Shown: piece by piece, positions 10,845 to 19,934 of the stretch
How the letters are laid out: each line of letters starts with the position of its first letter
Position numbering within the stretch: the first letter of the stretch is position 1
IMG/VR virus record: IMGVR_UViG_3300031519_000135
Coordinates: 1 to 31,377 of that record
Length of the DNA: 31,377 bases
Origin: a virus
Lineage: Duplodnaviria; Caudoviricetes
Reading direction: 5' to 3' (one strand)
Program-made: the position numbers and the translations under genes
Notes under the pieces: generated by a model
Databases searched by the model: none
What the model saw: the letters and a program-made list of their open reading frames with translations, nothing else
What the model was told of the DNA's origin: nothing

Positions 10845-12893
10845 ATGTCATATACACTAAACCATACAGACGTACCAAACAACGGATCTATTATAGTCGA
10901 TGATAGAACAGTTGATGACAGTACTAGTTTAAATTTTCCAGGAAAAAATGTTCCTAGCTACGGTCCTATTATTGGTGAAAACTTTTTACATTTACTTGAA
11001 AATTTTGCAGCAACAACTGCACCAATTAATCCGACACAGGGACAACTTTGGTACGACAGCACACCGGGCTCTAATACACTGAAAATATACGACGGCTCAA
11101 CGTGGTCGGCAGCAGGCGGAGTTAAGCGTGCAGGATCGCAGCCCGAAGCTGCAACTAGCTTGGTTGGCGATTTATGGGTCAACACAGTTAGTCAGCAATT
11201 ATATTTATTTACAGGATCAACATGGATATTAATAGGTCCAGATTTTAGTGAAGGCCTTTCTACAGGATTTAAAATACAAAATATTTTAGGTAAAGACAAC
11301 GTCAGCTATACTGTAATGACTATTGAAGTTAAAGCAAGTCCGGTTGTTATAATTTCTACTAATAGTTTTGAACCTAAAGCAGTTATTAACGGATTCTTAA
11401 CTATAGAGCCGGGCATTAATTTAAGTACTGCAAACATCAGCGCACAGGGCGCAGCAGAATATGTAGGCCCCGCAAAAACAGCAAATAACTTATTAGTAGG
11501 AACAACTACTGTTCCGTCTACTAGTTTTGTAAGAAATGATACAGAGAATACACTTGCAGAAAAGATAAAAATTAGAAACGACAATGGTATAGCTATTGGT
11601 GAAGCGCAAAGCTATACTTTAACAGTAGACGGTGCTAGTGCTAGTCTTACTAACTCGGCTCCAACATCAAGTATCGATTTACGACTTAATACAGGAACCA
11701 ATGTTTCGCCAGTAGTTAGAATTAACTATGATAAAACAGTTGGCATAAACAAACTTGATCCTCAAGAAGCGCTGGATGTTAACGGAAATATAAGAACTAA
11801 TCAGCATTTACTTGTTACAGGAACTACAAATGCTACTGGTCTATCAACTGGCAGTATACAAACAGCAGGCGGCATAAGCATTGCTCAAGATTTATTTGTC
11901 CAAGGTACTACTAAAGTCAACGGTACAATTACTGCTAATAACATTGTACCGGTTACTAATAACACTGCGTCTCTAGGATCTGTATTAAAACAATATAGCG
12001 CAGTATATGCATCAAACTTTTACGGAAACTTTATAGGTAATATTAGTGGTACACTGACAGGAGTCATGAATGGCCCTGCTACTAAACTAGCAAGCCCAAC
12101 AGTGTTTAGTTTAGCAGGAGATGTATCTAGTAATAGCATTTCTTTCGATGGCCAAGGATCTGGTACAGCAACATTTACAACAAGCATTGACCCTAATTTT
12201 ATTAATAACAAAAGTACAGCAACAGTTATCAGACCAGATGACGAAGTACTTTTAAATACTCCTGGTGATGTTAATGAACCGCTAAAGAAAGTTACGCATG
12301 CACAGTTTTTAGGAAGTATACCTAAAATGCCTGCAGGCGTTATTCTACCATACGGTGGCAATACTGATCCTGATCCAACACTATTGGGTGGCGGCGTTTG
12401 GCTACTGTGTGATGGTCGAGAAGTATTAATAGGCGCATATCCAACGTTGTACGCAGTTATTGGCAATAAATTTAAAGGAGCACCTTCAGCTTCATATTTT
12501 GGCTTACCTGATATGAGAGGTAGAATGCCTCTAGGTGCTGATAACATGGGCGGTGTGAGTGCAAATAGAGTTACTGCAAATGAAGCAGATATTGTAGGTA
12601 ATGCAGGTGGCGGCGAAACACACAGCATCACTCAAGCAGAATTGCCAGATCACGTACACGATATGTATAACGATACAAATCAAAGACAGTACTATGCTAC
12701 TAGATCAACACCAGAGACTGCAACATCAGGAACAGTGCAAATTCCTACGCCTTCAGGAGTTAGTACACAAAATTCAAGTGCTATTACAGATAGTGGTGGA
12801 ATTAAAAGCTGGAGTAGTCAAACTCCGATGGATATTATGAGTCCGTTTTTGACTACTAGCTATATTATCTATACGGGTAAGGATGTAACATAA
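10845..12893 (+). CDS. Tail fibre protein with C-terminal phage tail collar domain
   Basis: 682 aa, SD GAGGG at 10833-10837. The N-terminal ENFLHLLENFA...P.P..GQLWYD anchor is shared with the next two genes. A tail-collar motif (MPAGVILPYGG...WLLCDG...YPTLYAVIG...LPDMRGRMPLG) lies at about 12327-12539, followed by an ELPDHVH metal-binding-type motif. Confidence 0.85.
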   Translation: MSYTLNHTDVPNNGSIIVDDRTVDDSTSLNFPGKNVPSYGPIIGENFLHLLENFAATTAPINPTQGQLWYDSTPGSNTLKIYDGSTWSAAGGVKRAGSQPEAATSLVGDLWVNTVSQQLYLFTGSTWILIGPDFSEGLSTGFKIQNILGKDNVSYTVMTIEVKASPVVIISTNSFEPKAVINGFLTIEPGINLSTANISAQGAAEYVGPAKTANNLLVGTTTVPSTSFVRNDTENTLAEKIKIRNDNGIAIGEAQSYTLTVDGASASLTNSAPTSSIDLRLNTGTNVSPVVRINYDKTVGINKLDPQEALDVNGNIRTNQHLLVTGTTNATGLSTGSIQTAGGISIAQDLFVQGTTKVNGTITANNIVPVTNNTASLGSVLKQYSAVYASNFYGNFIGNISGTLTGVMNGPATKLASPTVFSLAGDVSSNSISFDGQGSGTATFTTSIDPNFINNKSTATVIRPDDEVLLNTPGDVNEPLKKVTHAQFLGSIPKMPAGVILPYGGNTDPDPTLLGGGVWLLCDGREVLIGAYPTLYAVIGNKFKGAPSASYFGLPDMRGRMPLGADNMGGVSANRVTANEADIVGNAGGGETHSITQAELPDHVHDMYNDTNQRQYYATRSTPETATSGTVQIPTPSGVSTQNSSAITDSGGIKSWSSQTPMDIMSPFLTTSYIIYTGKDVT

Positions 12894-14701
12894 TGAGTTA
12901 TAAAATAAACAAAACAGACGGCACCTTACTATTAAATTTAATAGATGGTATAAAAAATACCAGTGCAACTGATCTGACATTAGTGGGAAAAAATTCTACA
13001 GCATTTGGTGAATCGTTTAATGAAAACTTTATTAAATTATTAGAAAATTTTGCTGCAACTAGCGCCCCGGCAAATCCGTTAGAAGGCCAACTTTGGTTTG
13101 ATACAACAACAGACACTCTAAAAGTATACGACGGTGCAGATTTTAAATCAGCAGGCGGCGCATATGTACAATCATCTCAGCCTGCAATGAGCGAAGGTGA
13201 TTTTTGGTATAACACAACTACTAAGCAATTATTTTCATGGGACGGCGATAATTTACAACTAGTAGGACCTCTTTATACAGGAACACAAGGAATTACTGGA
13301 GAAATTCCAGATACAATCCAAGATATACAAGGATTTCCCCGTAGTGTAATTAAACATTATGTAGGTGGAACGTTGTTAGGCCTGTGGAGTAATCTAGAAT
13401 TTAAGATTGCTAGTACCAACACAGACGAGGTTATTCAAGGGTTAACATTAGATACAACTAACAATCGTATTGTTAAACGTGGATTTAATGTTCTTGACAG
13501 CGGATATTTAATTAGAGGAACAGTAACTAATGCACAGGGCATTGGCGGCGTAGATATCAGCAAACTAGTTAGAACAGATGTAACAAGTACAATTGATGCA
13601 AATTTAATAATTCGTGGATCTGAAGGTTTAAAATATTCTACTGTACATAATCAGCGATATGATTCGGCTAATTTTATAATTTCAAACTTAATTACAAACG
13701 ACGATATTTCTATTAGAGTGTACGGAGCAGCAACAGGTGTAAATGCAGTTGACGCAATAAAGATTGATTCTAGTGAAGCATACGTTGGAGTCTATAATAG
13801 TACTCCGGAAGCAATGCTACATGTAGGAACTAGTGTTAGTCCTGGCGATGTTATTATCGAAGGTAACTTAACCGTAAAAGGTAACAATACATTTATTGAT
13901 GCTGCTACTATTCGAGTTGAAGACAAAAACATCGAACTTGGAATTTTAAGTGACGGAACAACAGGCGACGATATAGCAGTTGACGGCGGTGGTATAACAC
14001 TAAAATCATCTGATGGCGATAAAACATTAGCTTGGCAAGGGTCAACTACAGCGTGGACCAGTAATCAAGATATTAATGTTAGTACCGGAAAAACATATAA
14101 AATTGATGGGACAACTGTATTAAGCGGAAGTGTATTAGGAAGCAGCATTACAAGTGCGCCCGGATTAACTTCACTCGGAATACTAACAAGTTTTGGAACA
14201 ACATTTTTAACAATAGCAGACACTACTATTACAACATCAAATGGACAACATTTAAATCTAAATGCTGCTGGCGATATTGTTGTTAATAGTAGTTCAATTA
14301 AAGGAATCATTGATAGTGTTGATTCTACTAGTGCAACTACTAAAGCATACGTTGATCTTGAAGTTAAAAAATCTGACGTTGCAATAGAACTAGATATTAC
14401 AGACTTATCAAATTCAGAAATTGTAAGCTACTTAAATGATTTATTTCCTAACAATGCAACTAACAGACTATGTAGAGTACTAGGCATAAGTTATGTCTTT
14501 GCAAGTACAACTGATGTTGAAGGTGCAAAAAATGTAACTACAGTAAACGTTGATAGAAATGCTCAATTAGAATTTCAACCAGTTGTTGCAACTGTAACTT
14601 TTCCATCACCGGCTACTACAACAATTACAAGAACAATCACAAGAACCGTCAAAACATATGTATGGGACGGCGCGGCCATTACTTGGCTTTTACAACCATA
14701 A
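12893..14701 (+). CDS. Tail fibre protein (paralogue 2)
   Basis: 602 aa, TAATG overlap with the upstream gene. Same N-terminal anchor (VGKN...FGE..NENFIKLLENFA...GQLWFD), with a Thr/Ser/Gly-rich beta shaft (IIEGNLTVKG, VEDKNIEL, ATTKAYVD). Confidence 0.8.
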   Translation: MSYKINKTDGTLLLNLIDGIKNTSATDLTLVGKNSTAFGESFNENFIKLLENFAATSAPANPLEGQLWFDTTTDTLKVYDGADFKSAGGAYVQSSQPAMSEGDFWYNTTTKQLFSWDGDNLQLVGPLYTGTQGITGEIPDTIQDIQGFPRSVIKHYVGGTLLGLWSNLEFKIASTNTDEVIQGLTLDTTNNRIVKRGFNVLDSGYLIRGTVTNAQGIGGVDISKLVRTDVTSTIDANLIIRGSEGLKYSTVHNQRYDSANFIISNLITNDDISIRVYGAATGVNAVDAIKIDSSEAYVGVYNSTPEAMLHVGTSVSPGDVIIEGNLTVKGNNTFIDAATIRVEDKNIELGILSDGTTGDDIAVDGGGITLKSSDGDKTLAWQGSTTAWTSNQDINVSTGKTYKIDGTTVLSGSVLGSSITSAPGLTSLGILTSFGTTFLTIADTTITTSNGQHLNLNAAGDIVVNSSSIKGIIDSVDSTSATTKAYVDLEVKKSDVAIELDITDLSNSEIVSYLNDLFPNNATNRLCRVLGISYVFASTTDVEGAKNVTTVNVDRNAQLEFQPVVATVTFPSPATTTITRTITRTVKTYVWDGAAITWLLQP

Positions 14702-14709
14702 GATAAATA
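14702..14709 (+). promoter_or_regulatory. T4-like late promoter variant (GATAAATA)
   Basis: Immediately after the stop at 14701. It is followed by GTATAT, then an AGGGG SD and the ATG at 14735. Confidence 0.6.
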
Positions 14710-14734
14710 GTATATACACCAGGGGTAACATTAA

Positions 14735-16201
14735 ATGGCATATCAGATTGATAACTTTAGAGGGCAGTTTTTAACTACAGTTGAAGACGGGACTCTCAAT
14801 AACGCTACAGATTTAAAACTTGTAGGAAAAAACTATGCAGGATACGGTGAAGTTCAAAATGAAAATTTTATAGCATTGCTAGAAAATTTTGCAAGTTCTC
14901 AAGCACCGGGCAAACCTATACAAGGACAGTTATGGTTTGATGCTACATCTGGCGCAGAAAAATTAAAATTTTATGATGGCACTGCTTGGAGAACAGCAGG
15001 CGGCGCAGAAGTAGGACCACAACCTGGGCCTACAGGACTAGTACCAGGCGACTTTTGGTGGGATACTACTAATGAACAGTTATATGCTAAAGGTGCAGGC
15101 GGATTTGTTTTAGTTGGACCGCAAAGTACTGGCGCAGGCAACGTTACACAGATGCGCAGTTTAACCCTTAACGATAATGCATCTCCTAGTGTTGCGCATA
15201 GTGTTATTGCTGCAACCATTAATAATGCTGTAGTGTATATTATTAGTAACGACACATTTACAATAGCACTGTCTGATGCAATTGCTGGGTTTGATACAGT
15301 GCGCCAAGGCTTGACACTAGTTAATACTCAAAACGCAGCTGGCGGCAAAACAACAAGTGCCTTTAGGTTTCACGGCACAGCAACTAATGCTGACAAATTA
15401 AACGGAATCTCGGCATCAGAATATGTAACAAGTTCGGGGTCATTAAACTTTACCCAAGAAGTAGGATTTGACGATCCAGGATTAGTAGTAGGCGATGATA
15501 GCGATTTTAAAATTACAGTTGACGGTAATACTGCTACTATTGCACAATCAGTTGGTGATAGTATTTTATTTAAAGTTAATAACGGCGGCAGCTTAACTAA
15601 TTCTTTAATAGTTAAGGCACTTTCAATTGAACCAGGCACACCCACTACTACGCTAGGCACATCGTCTAATCGTTGGGACATTGTATACGCTAATACATTT
15701 GACGGAAATGCAACTAGTGCTACTGGTTTAAAACTATCAGGAACTGTTTACTACCCAACATCAGTTTCGACTGCAAGTACATTAGTAATGCGTGATGCAA
15801 ATTCTGATATATTTGCAAGAAAATTCCAAGGCGTTGCTACTAGTGCGCAATATGCAGACTTAGCAGAAGTATACTCAACCGATAAAGAGTATCCAACAGG
15901 AACTGTAATGGCAGTTGGCGGCGAATCCGAAACACGAGCTGCAAAAGTAAGTGATCATGCAATTGGTGTTATATCAGCAGAACCTGCTTATTTAATGAAC
16001 AGTACTGCTGAAGGACAAGCTATTGCACTAAAAGGTCGAGTACCGGTTAGAGTAACAGGACCTGTTTCAAAAGGAATGGCAGTATATGCTTGGCAAGACG
16101 GTGTTGCTTCTACTATTGCAAGCACAGGATTAGTTGGCATTGCACTTGAATCAAGTACAGATGTTTCAGAGAAGCTAATTGAATGCGTCTTAAAAGTATA
16201 A
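14735..16201 (+). CDS. Tail fibre protein (paralogue 3) with C-terminal intramolecular-chaperone/peptidase G2-like domain
   Basis: 488 aa with the shared N-terminal anchor. The C-terminal YADLAEVY...GTVMAVGG...IGVIS..PAYLMN...IALKGRVPVRV pattern (about 15851-16198) matches the autocleaving chaperone domain type. Confidence 0.75.
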   Translation: MAYQIDNFRGQFLTTVEDGTLNNATDLKLVGKNYAGYGEVQNENFIALLENFASSQAPGKPIQGQLWFDATSGAEKLKFYDGTAWRTAGGAEVGPQPGPTGLVPGDFWWDTTNEQLYAKGAGGFVLVGPQSTGAGNVTQMRSLTLNDNASPSVAHSVIAATINNAVVYIISNDTFTIALSDAIAGFDTVRQGLTLVNTQNAAGGKTTSAFRFHGTATNADKLNGISASEYVTSSGSLNFTQEVGFDDPGLVVGDDSDFKITVDGNTATIAQSVGDSILFKVNNGGSLTNSLIVKALSIEPGTPTTTLGTSSNRWDIVYANTFDGNATSATGLKLSGTVYYPTSVSTASTLVMRDANSDIFARKFQGVATSAQYADLAEVYSTDKEYPTGTVMAVGGESETRAAKVSDHAIGVISAEPAYLMNSTAEGQAIALKGRVPVRVTGPVSKGMAVYAWQDGVASTIASTGLVGIALESSTDVSEKLIECVLKV

Positions 16202-16204
16202 ATA
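16197..16204 (+). promoter_or_regulatory. T4-like late promoter TATAAATA
   Basis: Exact T4 late consensus overlapping the TAA stop of the upstream gene. SD GAGGT at 16221-16225 and ATG at 16234. Confidence 0.75.
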
Positions 16205-16233
16205 TAGTATAGTTTAATTAGAGGTATGATATA

Positions 16234-17214
16234 ATGGCAACAGTAAGCGTCGGCGACTTAATCACAGCAGCCCAATATAATGATTTGCAAATAAGAGTAC
16301 AGACACTTTTAGGTAACGGGGCTGCAGATTACGGATACGGCCAAACAGTGCAAAGTCAAGCAGTTGCAATCGGAACTGTTATTCTTGCAAGCCATATGAA
16401 TGACCTGTATGCTGATATTGTAAAATGTTATCAACACCAGCAAAATGCCAATCCTACTACAATTGCTCAGTTGGTTGTAACTAACTTAATTGGCGCAAAT
16501 GCTTCAACTGATCCTAGCTCTACTATTAAAGGCTATAACGATTACAATGTTATAATTGGTACTTTAGAATCCGGTAGATTAACTGCTTCATCACATATTA
16601 ATCAATCAACTGTAGAATCTAAAATTTCAAGTGCTCGTAGTGTACTATGGGGCAATAATCCAGACGTTATTACGCACGAAGTTAGTGTTACATATCCAGG
16701 AGCATACGCAACAGTTAATACCAACGGTACAGCATATGCTTCTGTGTCAGGTGCTGATCATATGAGACACTGGTTTAACGCAGGTGGCCAAATAAGATTT
16801 AGTGCTGCACTTGCAGGTGGCTCCGGAGCAAAATATAACGACTGGAATACAATACTTACTAACATGGGGACAATTGTATTTGGTTATACTGGCACTACTG
16901 CAACGGGTACAGGAACTACTTCTGCAATTGGTTACGTTGATCTTACTACATCATATCAACAAATATTTATTAAAGCAGGCAGCGGTGTATACGCTGAAAA
17001 CGATTATGTTGTTAGTGCTAAAAAAGTAGGCACTACAGCAATTTATTTTAAAATTGACTTCCGTGATGATGACGCAGGAGACCAAACAGGACTTGGTGCA
17101 GCAGTTGACGAAAACGTAAGTGGAACACTTACTAGTACCGTAGGGCAGCTTCGTCCAAGCGGTTCTTATGTTTCTATTATTACTCCAACTTACGCAAACA
17201 CACTCGCATTATAA
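16234..17214 (+). CDS. Virion structural protein (tail-associated, function unknown)
   Basis: 326-aa Thr/Gly/Ala-rich ORF with its own late promoter and strong SD. It is the last gene of the structural block. Confidence 0.65.
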   Translation: MATVSVGDLITAAQYNDLQIRVQTLLGNGAADYGYGQTVQSQAVAIGTVILASHMNDLYADIVKCYQHQQNANPTTIAQLVVTNLIGANASTDPSSTIKGYNDYNVIIGTLESGRLTASSHINQSTVESKISSARSVLWGNNPDVITHEVSVTYPGAYATVNTNGTAYASVSGADHMRHWFNAGGQIRFSAALAGGSGAKYNDWNTILTNMGTIVFGYTGTTATGTGTTSAIGYVDLTTSYQQIFIKAGSGVYAENDYVVSAKKVGTTAIYFKIDFRDDDAGDQTGLGAAVDENVSGTLTSTVGQLRPSGSYVSIITPTYANTLAL

Positions 17215-17225
17215 TCAGATAATAC

Positions 17226-17254
17226 TTGACAACACACTCCTATGACTATATAAT
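17226..17254 (+). promoter_or_regulatory. Consensus sigma70-type promoter
   Basis: TTGACA at 17226-17231, a 17-nt spacer, and TATAAT at 17249-17254: a perfect match to both hexamers with optimal spacing. Confidence 0.85.
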
Positions 17255-17280
17255 AGTATATAAGTCATAGGAGTTTTTTT
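17236..17280 (+). terminator. Intrinsic terminator-like hairpin that also sequesters the Shine-Dalgarno of the next gene
   Basis: ACTCCTATGACT (17236-17247) is the exact reverse complement of AGTCATAGGAGT (17263-17274). The stem extends by ATATA/TATAT around an ATAG loop and is followed by a T run to 17280. The SD AGGAG (17269-17273) lies in the 3' arm. Confidence 0.75.
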
Positions 17281-17281
17281 A

Positions 17282-17629
17282 ATGGATGAACGTTTAAGCA
17301 AAGCGTTAGATTTCTCAAATTACATGGTTACATTAAATAATCAAAAACGAGTAATTAAAGAACAATACGAACAAGATTTAATATTTTATTATAACGGTGG
17401 ACAGTTTACTCTTACTCAAGAGTTTATTAGTTTTTGTCACACATTAATATCATTAGATCAGTCAACTGCTATTCTAACAGATGACAACAGTACTCCTATT
17501 GAAGTTAATGATTTAGCAAACTTTACAATAGACGTAACTAGTCAATACTTTGAAGCATCTAATAAGTATCACGCAGAATATGTAAAACTAAAAACAACAA
17601 GAAGTGTTGAAGGAATTGTAAAAGTATGA
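17282..17629 (+). CDS. Hypothetical protein, possibly tail-fibre-assembly (DUF4376-like)
   Basis: 115 aa with SD AGGAG 8 nt upstream. The YNGGQF...LTDDNSTPIEV..L..F pattern loosely resembles fibre-assembly chaperone domains, a weak assignment. Confidence 0.5.
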   Translation: MDERLSKALDFSNYMVTLNNQKRVIKEQYEQDLIFYYNGGQFTLTQEFISFCHTLISLDQSTAILTDDNSTPIEVNDLANFTIDVTSQYFEASNKYHAEYVKLKTTRSVEGIVKV

Positions 17630-18480
17630 CGCAAGGCGTAATATTATTTGCAAGAAACAATCCGCAAGTTGATTATGTTAAGCAAGCTCATTTTCTTGCA
17701 AAACGAATTCGTAAATATTTAGATCTTCCTACTACTATTGTTACAGATAGTGAAGAATACTTAATAAATGCATATCCTGATTACACTGATGTGTTTGACA
17801 ACGTAATATCTATTCCTTGGAAATTAGGAACTAGTATGAAACGGTATCACGACGGTGCTATTACACAAAAAAAACTAGATTTTAGAAATGATGCAAGGTG
17901 TATGGCATACGATCTTTCGCCTTACACTGAAACACTGCTATTAGATACTGATTATGTTGTTTCGGATTCTATATTTAAAAATTGCTTTACTCAAAACGGA
18001 AACTTTTTAATCTATAAAGATGCATATGATTTAGCAAACTTTAGAGATTATTCAGAATTTAAATATATTTCAGATACTAGTGTAGATTTTTATTGGGCTA
18101 CTTGTGTATTTTTTAGAAAAACAGAAGTAAATAAAATATTTTTTGATCTAGTTGCACATATACAAGATAACTGGCAGCACTATAACAGTATATTTCAAAT
18201 AAACTCCTCTGTATTTAGAAACGATCATGCATTCAGTATTGCTATTCATATTATGAACGGTTACCAATCAGGACCTTTTGCAAATATTATGCCTGGAAAG
18301 TTATTTTATACTACAGATAAAGATTTATTAGTTAAACTTAAGGATGAACAATTTTTATTTTTAACGGAAAAAGAAAAACATTTAGGAGAATATGTTCCTA
18401 TTAAATTTGCAAACTCCAGTGTGCATGTTATGAACAAATTTAGTTTAAATCGAGTAATTGACGAGGCCCAAAATGACTAA
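17626..18480 (+). CDS. GT-A fold glycosyltransferase (GT8/GT71-like)
   Basis: 284 aa, ATGA overlap. DXD motif in SPYTETLLLDTDY, a later RND motif and a C-terminal VHVMNK His. Confidence 0.7.
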   Translation: MTQGVILFARNNPQVDYVKQAHFLAKRIRKYLDLPTTIVTDSEEYLINAYPDYTDVFDNVISIPWKLGTSMKRYHDGAITQKKLDFRNDARCMAYDLSPYTETLLLDTDYVVSDSIFKNCFTQNGNFLIYKDAYDLANFRDYSEFKYISDTSVDFYWATCVFFRKTEVNKIFFDLVAHIQDNWQHYNSIFQINSSVFRNDHAFSIAIHIMNGYQSGPFANIMPGKLFYTTDKDLLVKLKDEQFLFLTEKEKHLGEYVPIKFANSSVHVMNKFSLNRVIDEAQND

Positions 18481-19321
18481 AGGTTACTTAATGCTTGCAC
18501 AAAACAATTCTGTAGATGACTATGTTCTTCAGGCCTGCGTGTGTGCAATGAGTATTCTTGCACACAATCCAAATTCAAAGATATCACTAGTAACTAATGA
18601 TGCAGTAGATACGATTTATTTAGAATTATTTGATAATATTATCCCCATTCCGTGGACTGATTCAGCAGCTGATACTGAATGGAAGGTCAAAAATCGCTGG
18701 AAGTTATATCATGTAACTCCTTACGATGAAACTATTGTCCTAGATACAGACATGTTAATTTTAGAAAACATAGATCACTGGTGGAATTTTTTGTCGAGGT
18801 ACGAGTTATACTTTCCAACATCTGTTTACACTTATCGAAAAACAAAGATAGTTGATACATATTATAGAAAAGCATTCGTCTCAAATAATTTGCCTAACAT
18901 ATATGTAGGATTTCATTATTTTAAAAAATGCGACAGAGTTCATGAGTTTTATAAATGGGTAGAAGATATATCTAATAACTGGGAATTATTTTACGGACAA
19001 TACTGCAAAACAAATTATCCTAAAAGAATGAGCATGGATATAACATGTAGCATTGCTGTTAAAATTATGAACTGTGAAAACGAAATTACTAATAAAGTTG
19101 TTAAAAATCCTACCTTTGTTCATATGAAACCGTATATTCAAGATTGGAACGATATTAAAACACGTTGGCAAGACAAGGTAGGCACTTATTTAACTCCTAA
19201 TTTAAAGTTAATGATAGGCAATCATCTACAGTCGGGTGTGTTTCATTATACCGAGAACGATTTTATTACAGATGAAATTGTAGAAATTTATAAAAATTAT
19301 ATTGGATTAAGTAATGAGTGA
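18473..19321 (+). CDS. GT-A fold glycosyltransferase (paralogue of upstream gene)
   Basis: DXD motif in TPYDETIVLDTDM and FVHMK. The ATG at 18473 (SD GAGG at 18463-18466; MTKGYL aligns with the paralogue's MTQGVI) is preferred over the TTG at 18458. Confidence 0.7.
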   Translation: MTKGYLMLAQNNSVDDYVLQACVCAMSILAHNPNSKISLVTNDAVDTIYLELFDNIIPIPWTDSAADTEWKVKNRWKLYHVTPYDETIVLDTDMLILENIDHWWNFLSRYELYFPTSVYTYRKTKIVDTYYRKAFVSNNLPNIYVGFHYFKKCDRVHEFYKWVEDISNNWELFYGQYCKTNYPKRMSMDITCSIAVKIMNCENEITNKVVKNPTFVHMKPYIQDWNDIKTRWQDKVGTYLTPNLKLMIGNHLQSGVFHYTENDFITDEIVEIYKNYIGLSNE

Positions 19322-19934
19322 AGAAATAATCTGGCAAGCTAATATAATTGAAGTAGAATATATCTATAGGGTATACTTTGATCCTGAAACTACTGTAGTA
19401 ATGCGAGTATCGAGTAATTATGAAGCTGATACAGATTACCCAAGTTTTGAAGTCAACTATTATGATATTGAAGACATTGTATCTGGCGCCGAACCAATAG
19501 CAAATTGTAAGGTGTTTTTTAATATCAAAGCTAAACAATATGAACTTGTAAAAAATACAATTGCACCAGTAATTTATACTGTTTCTCAAGAAATTTATAA
19601 ATGCAAAAAAATTAAAAATGCTGATATTCAAATTATACAAGATATAAAAAATACATGTTGGAAAATTTTAATGAGTAACGAGTTAAAATATAAATTAGCA
19701 GCTCAACGGGTTTCTGTTACAAATATTAAAGATAATCAAATTACCTTTAGTGTGACGGCAAAAAATAATCCTAATATTTTATATCGATTATTATCATTTC
19801 CGTTCAGTGATCTACTTGACGATAATTATGTTGTATTAGATTTTAAAGATCAATATGAGTTTGACGGATTGCCAATAAGCGTGTATACTATACAAAAGTT
19901 TGATACATATTCTTACGAGATGATACATGAGTAA
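19314..19934 (+). CDS. Hypothetical protein
   Basis: 206-aa ORF with 8-nt start/stop overlaps at both ends and no recognisable motif. Confidence 0.7.
   Translation: MSEEIIWQANIIEVEYIYRVYFDPETTVVMRVSSNYEADTDYPSFEVNYYDIEDIVSGAEPIANCKVFFNIKAKQYELVKNTIAPVIYTVSQEIYKCKKIKNADIQIIQDIKNTCWKILMSNELKYKLAAQRVSVTNIKDNQITFSVTAKNNPNILYRLLSFPFSDLLDDNYVVLDFKDQYEFDGLPISVYTIQKFDTYSYEMIHE

Noticed and set aside
14621-14650. Short near-tandem repeat ACAATTACAAGA/ACAATCACAAGA
   Set aside because: It simply encodes TITR-TITR in a fibre C-terminus and is too short to be meaningful.
10845-17214. Diversity-generating retroelement or invertible fibre-tip cassette
   Set aside because: I saw no reverse transcriptase, recombinase or near-identical template/variable repeat. 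Fibre similarity is at the diverged protein level only. A self dot-plot would confirm this.
18458-18472. TTG start for the second GT
   Set aside because: The ATG at 18473 has a GAGG SD, gives the recurring 8-nt overlap and aligns with the paralogue's N-terminus.
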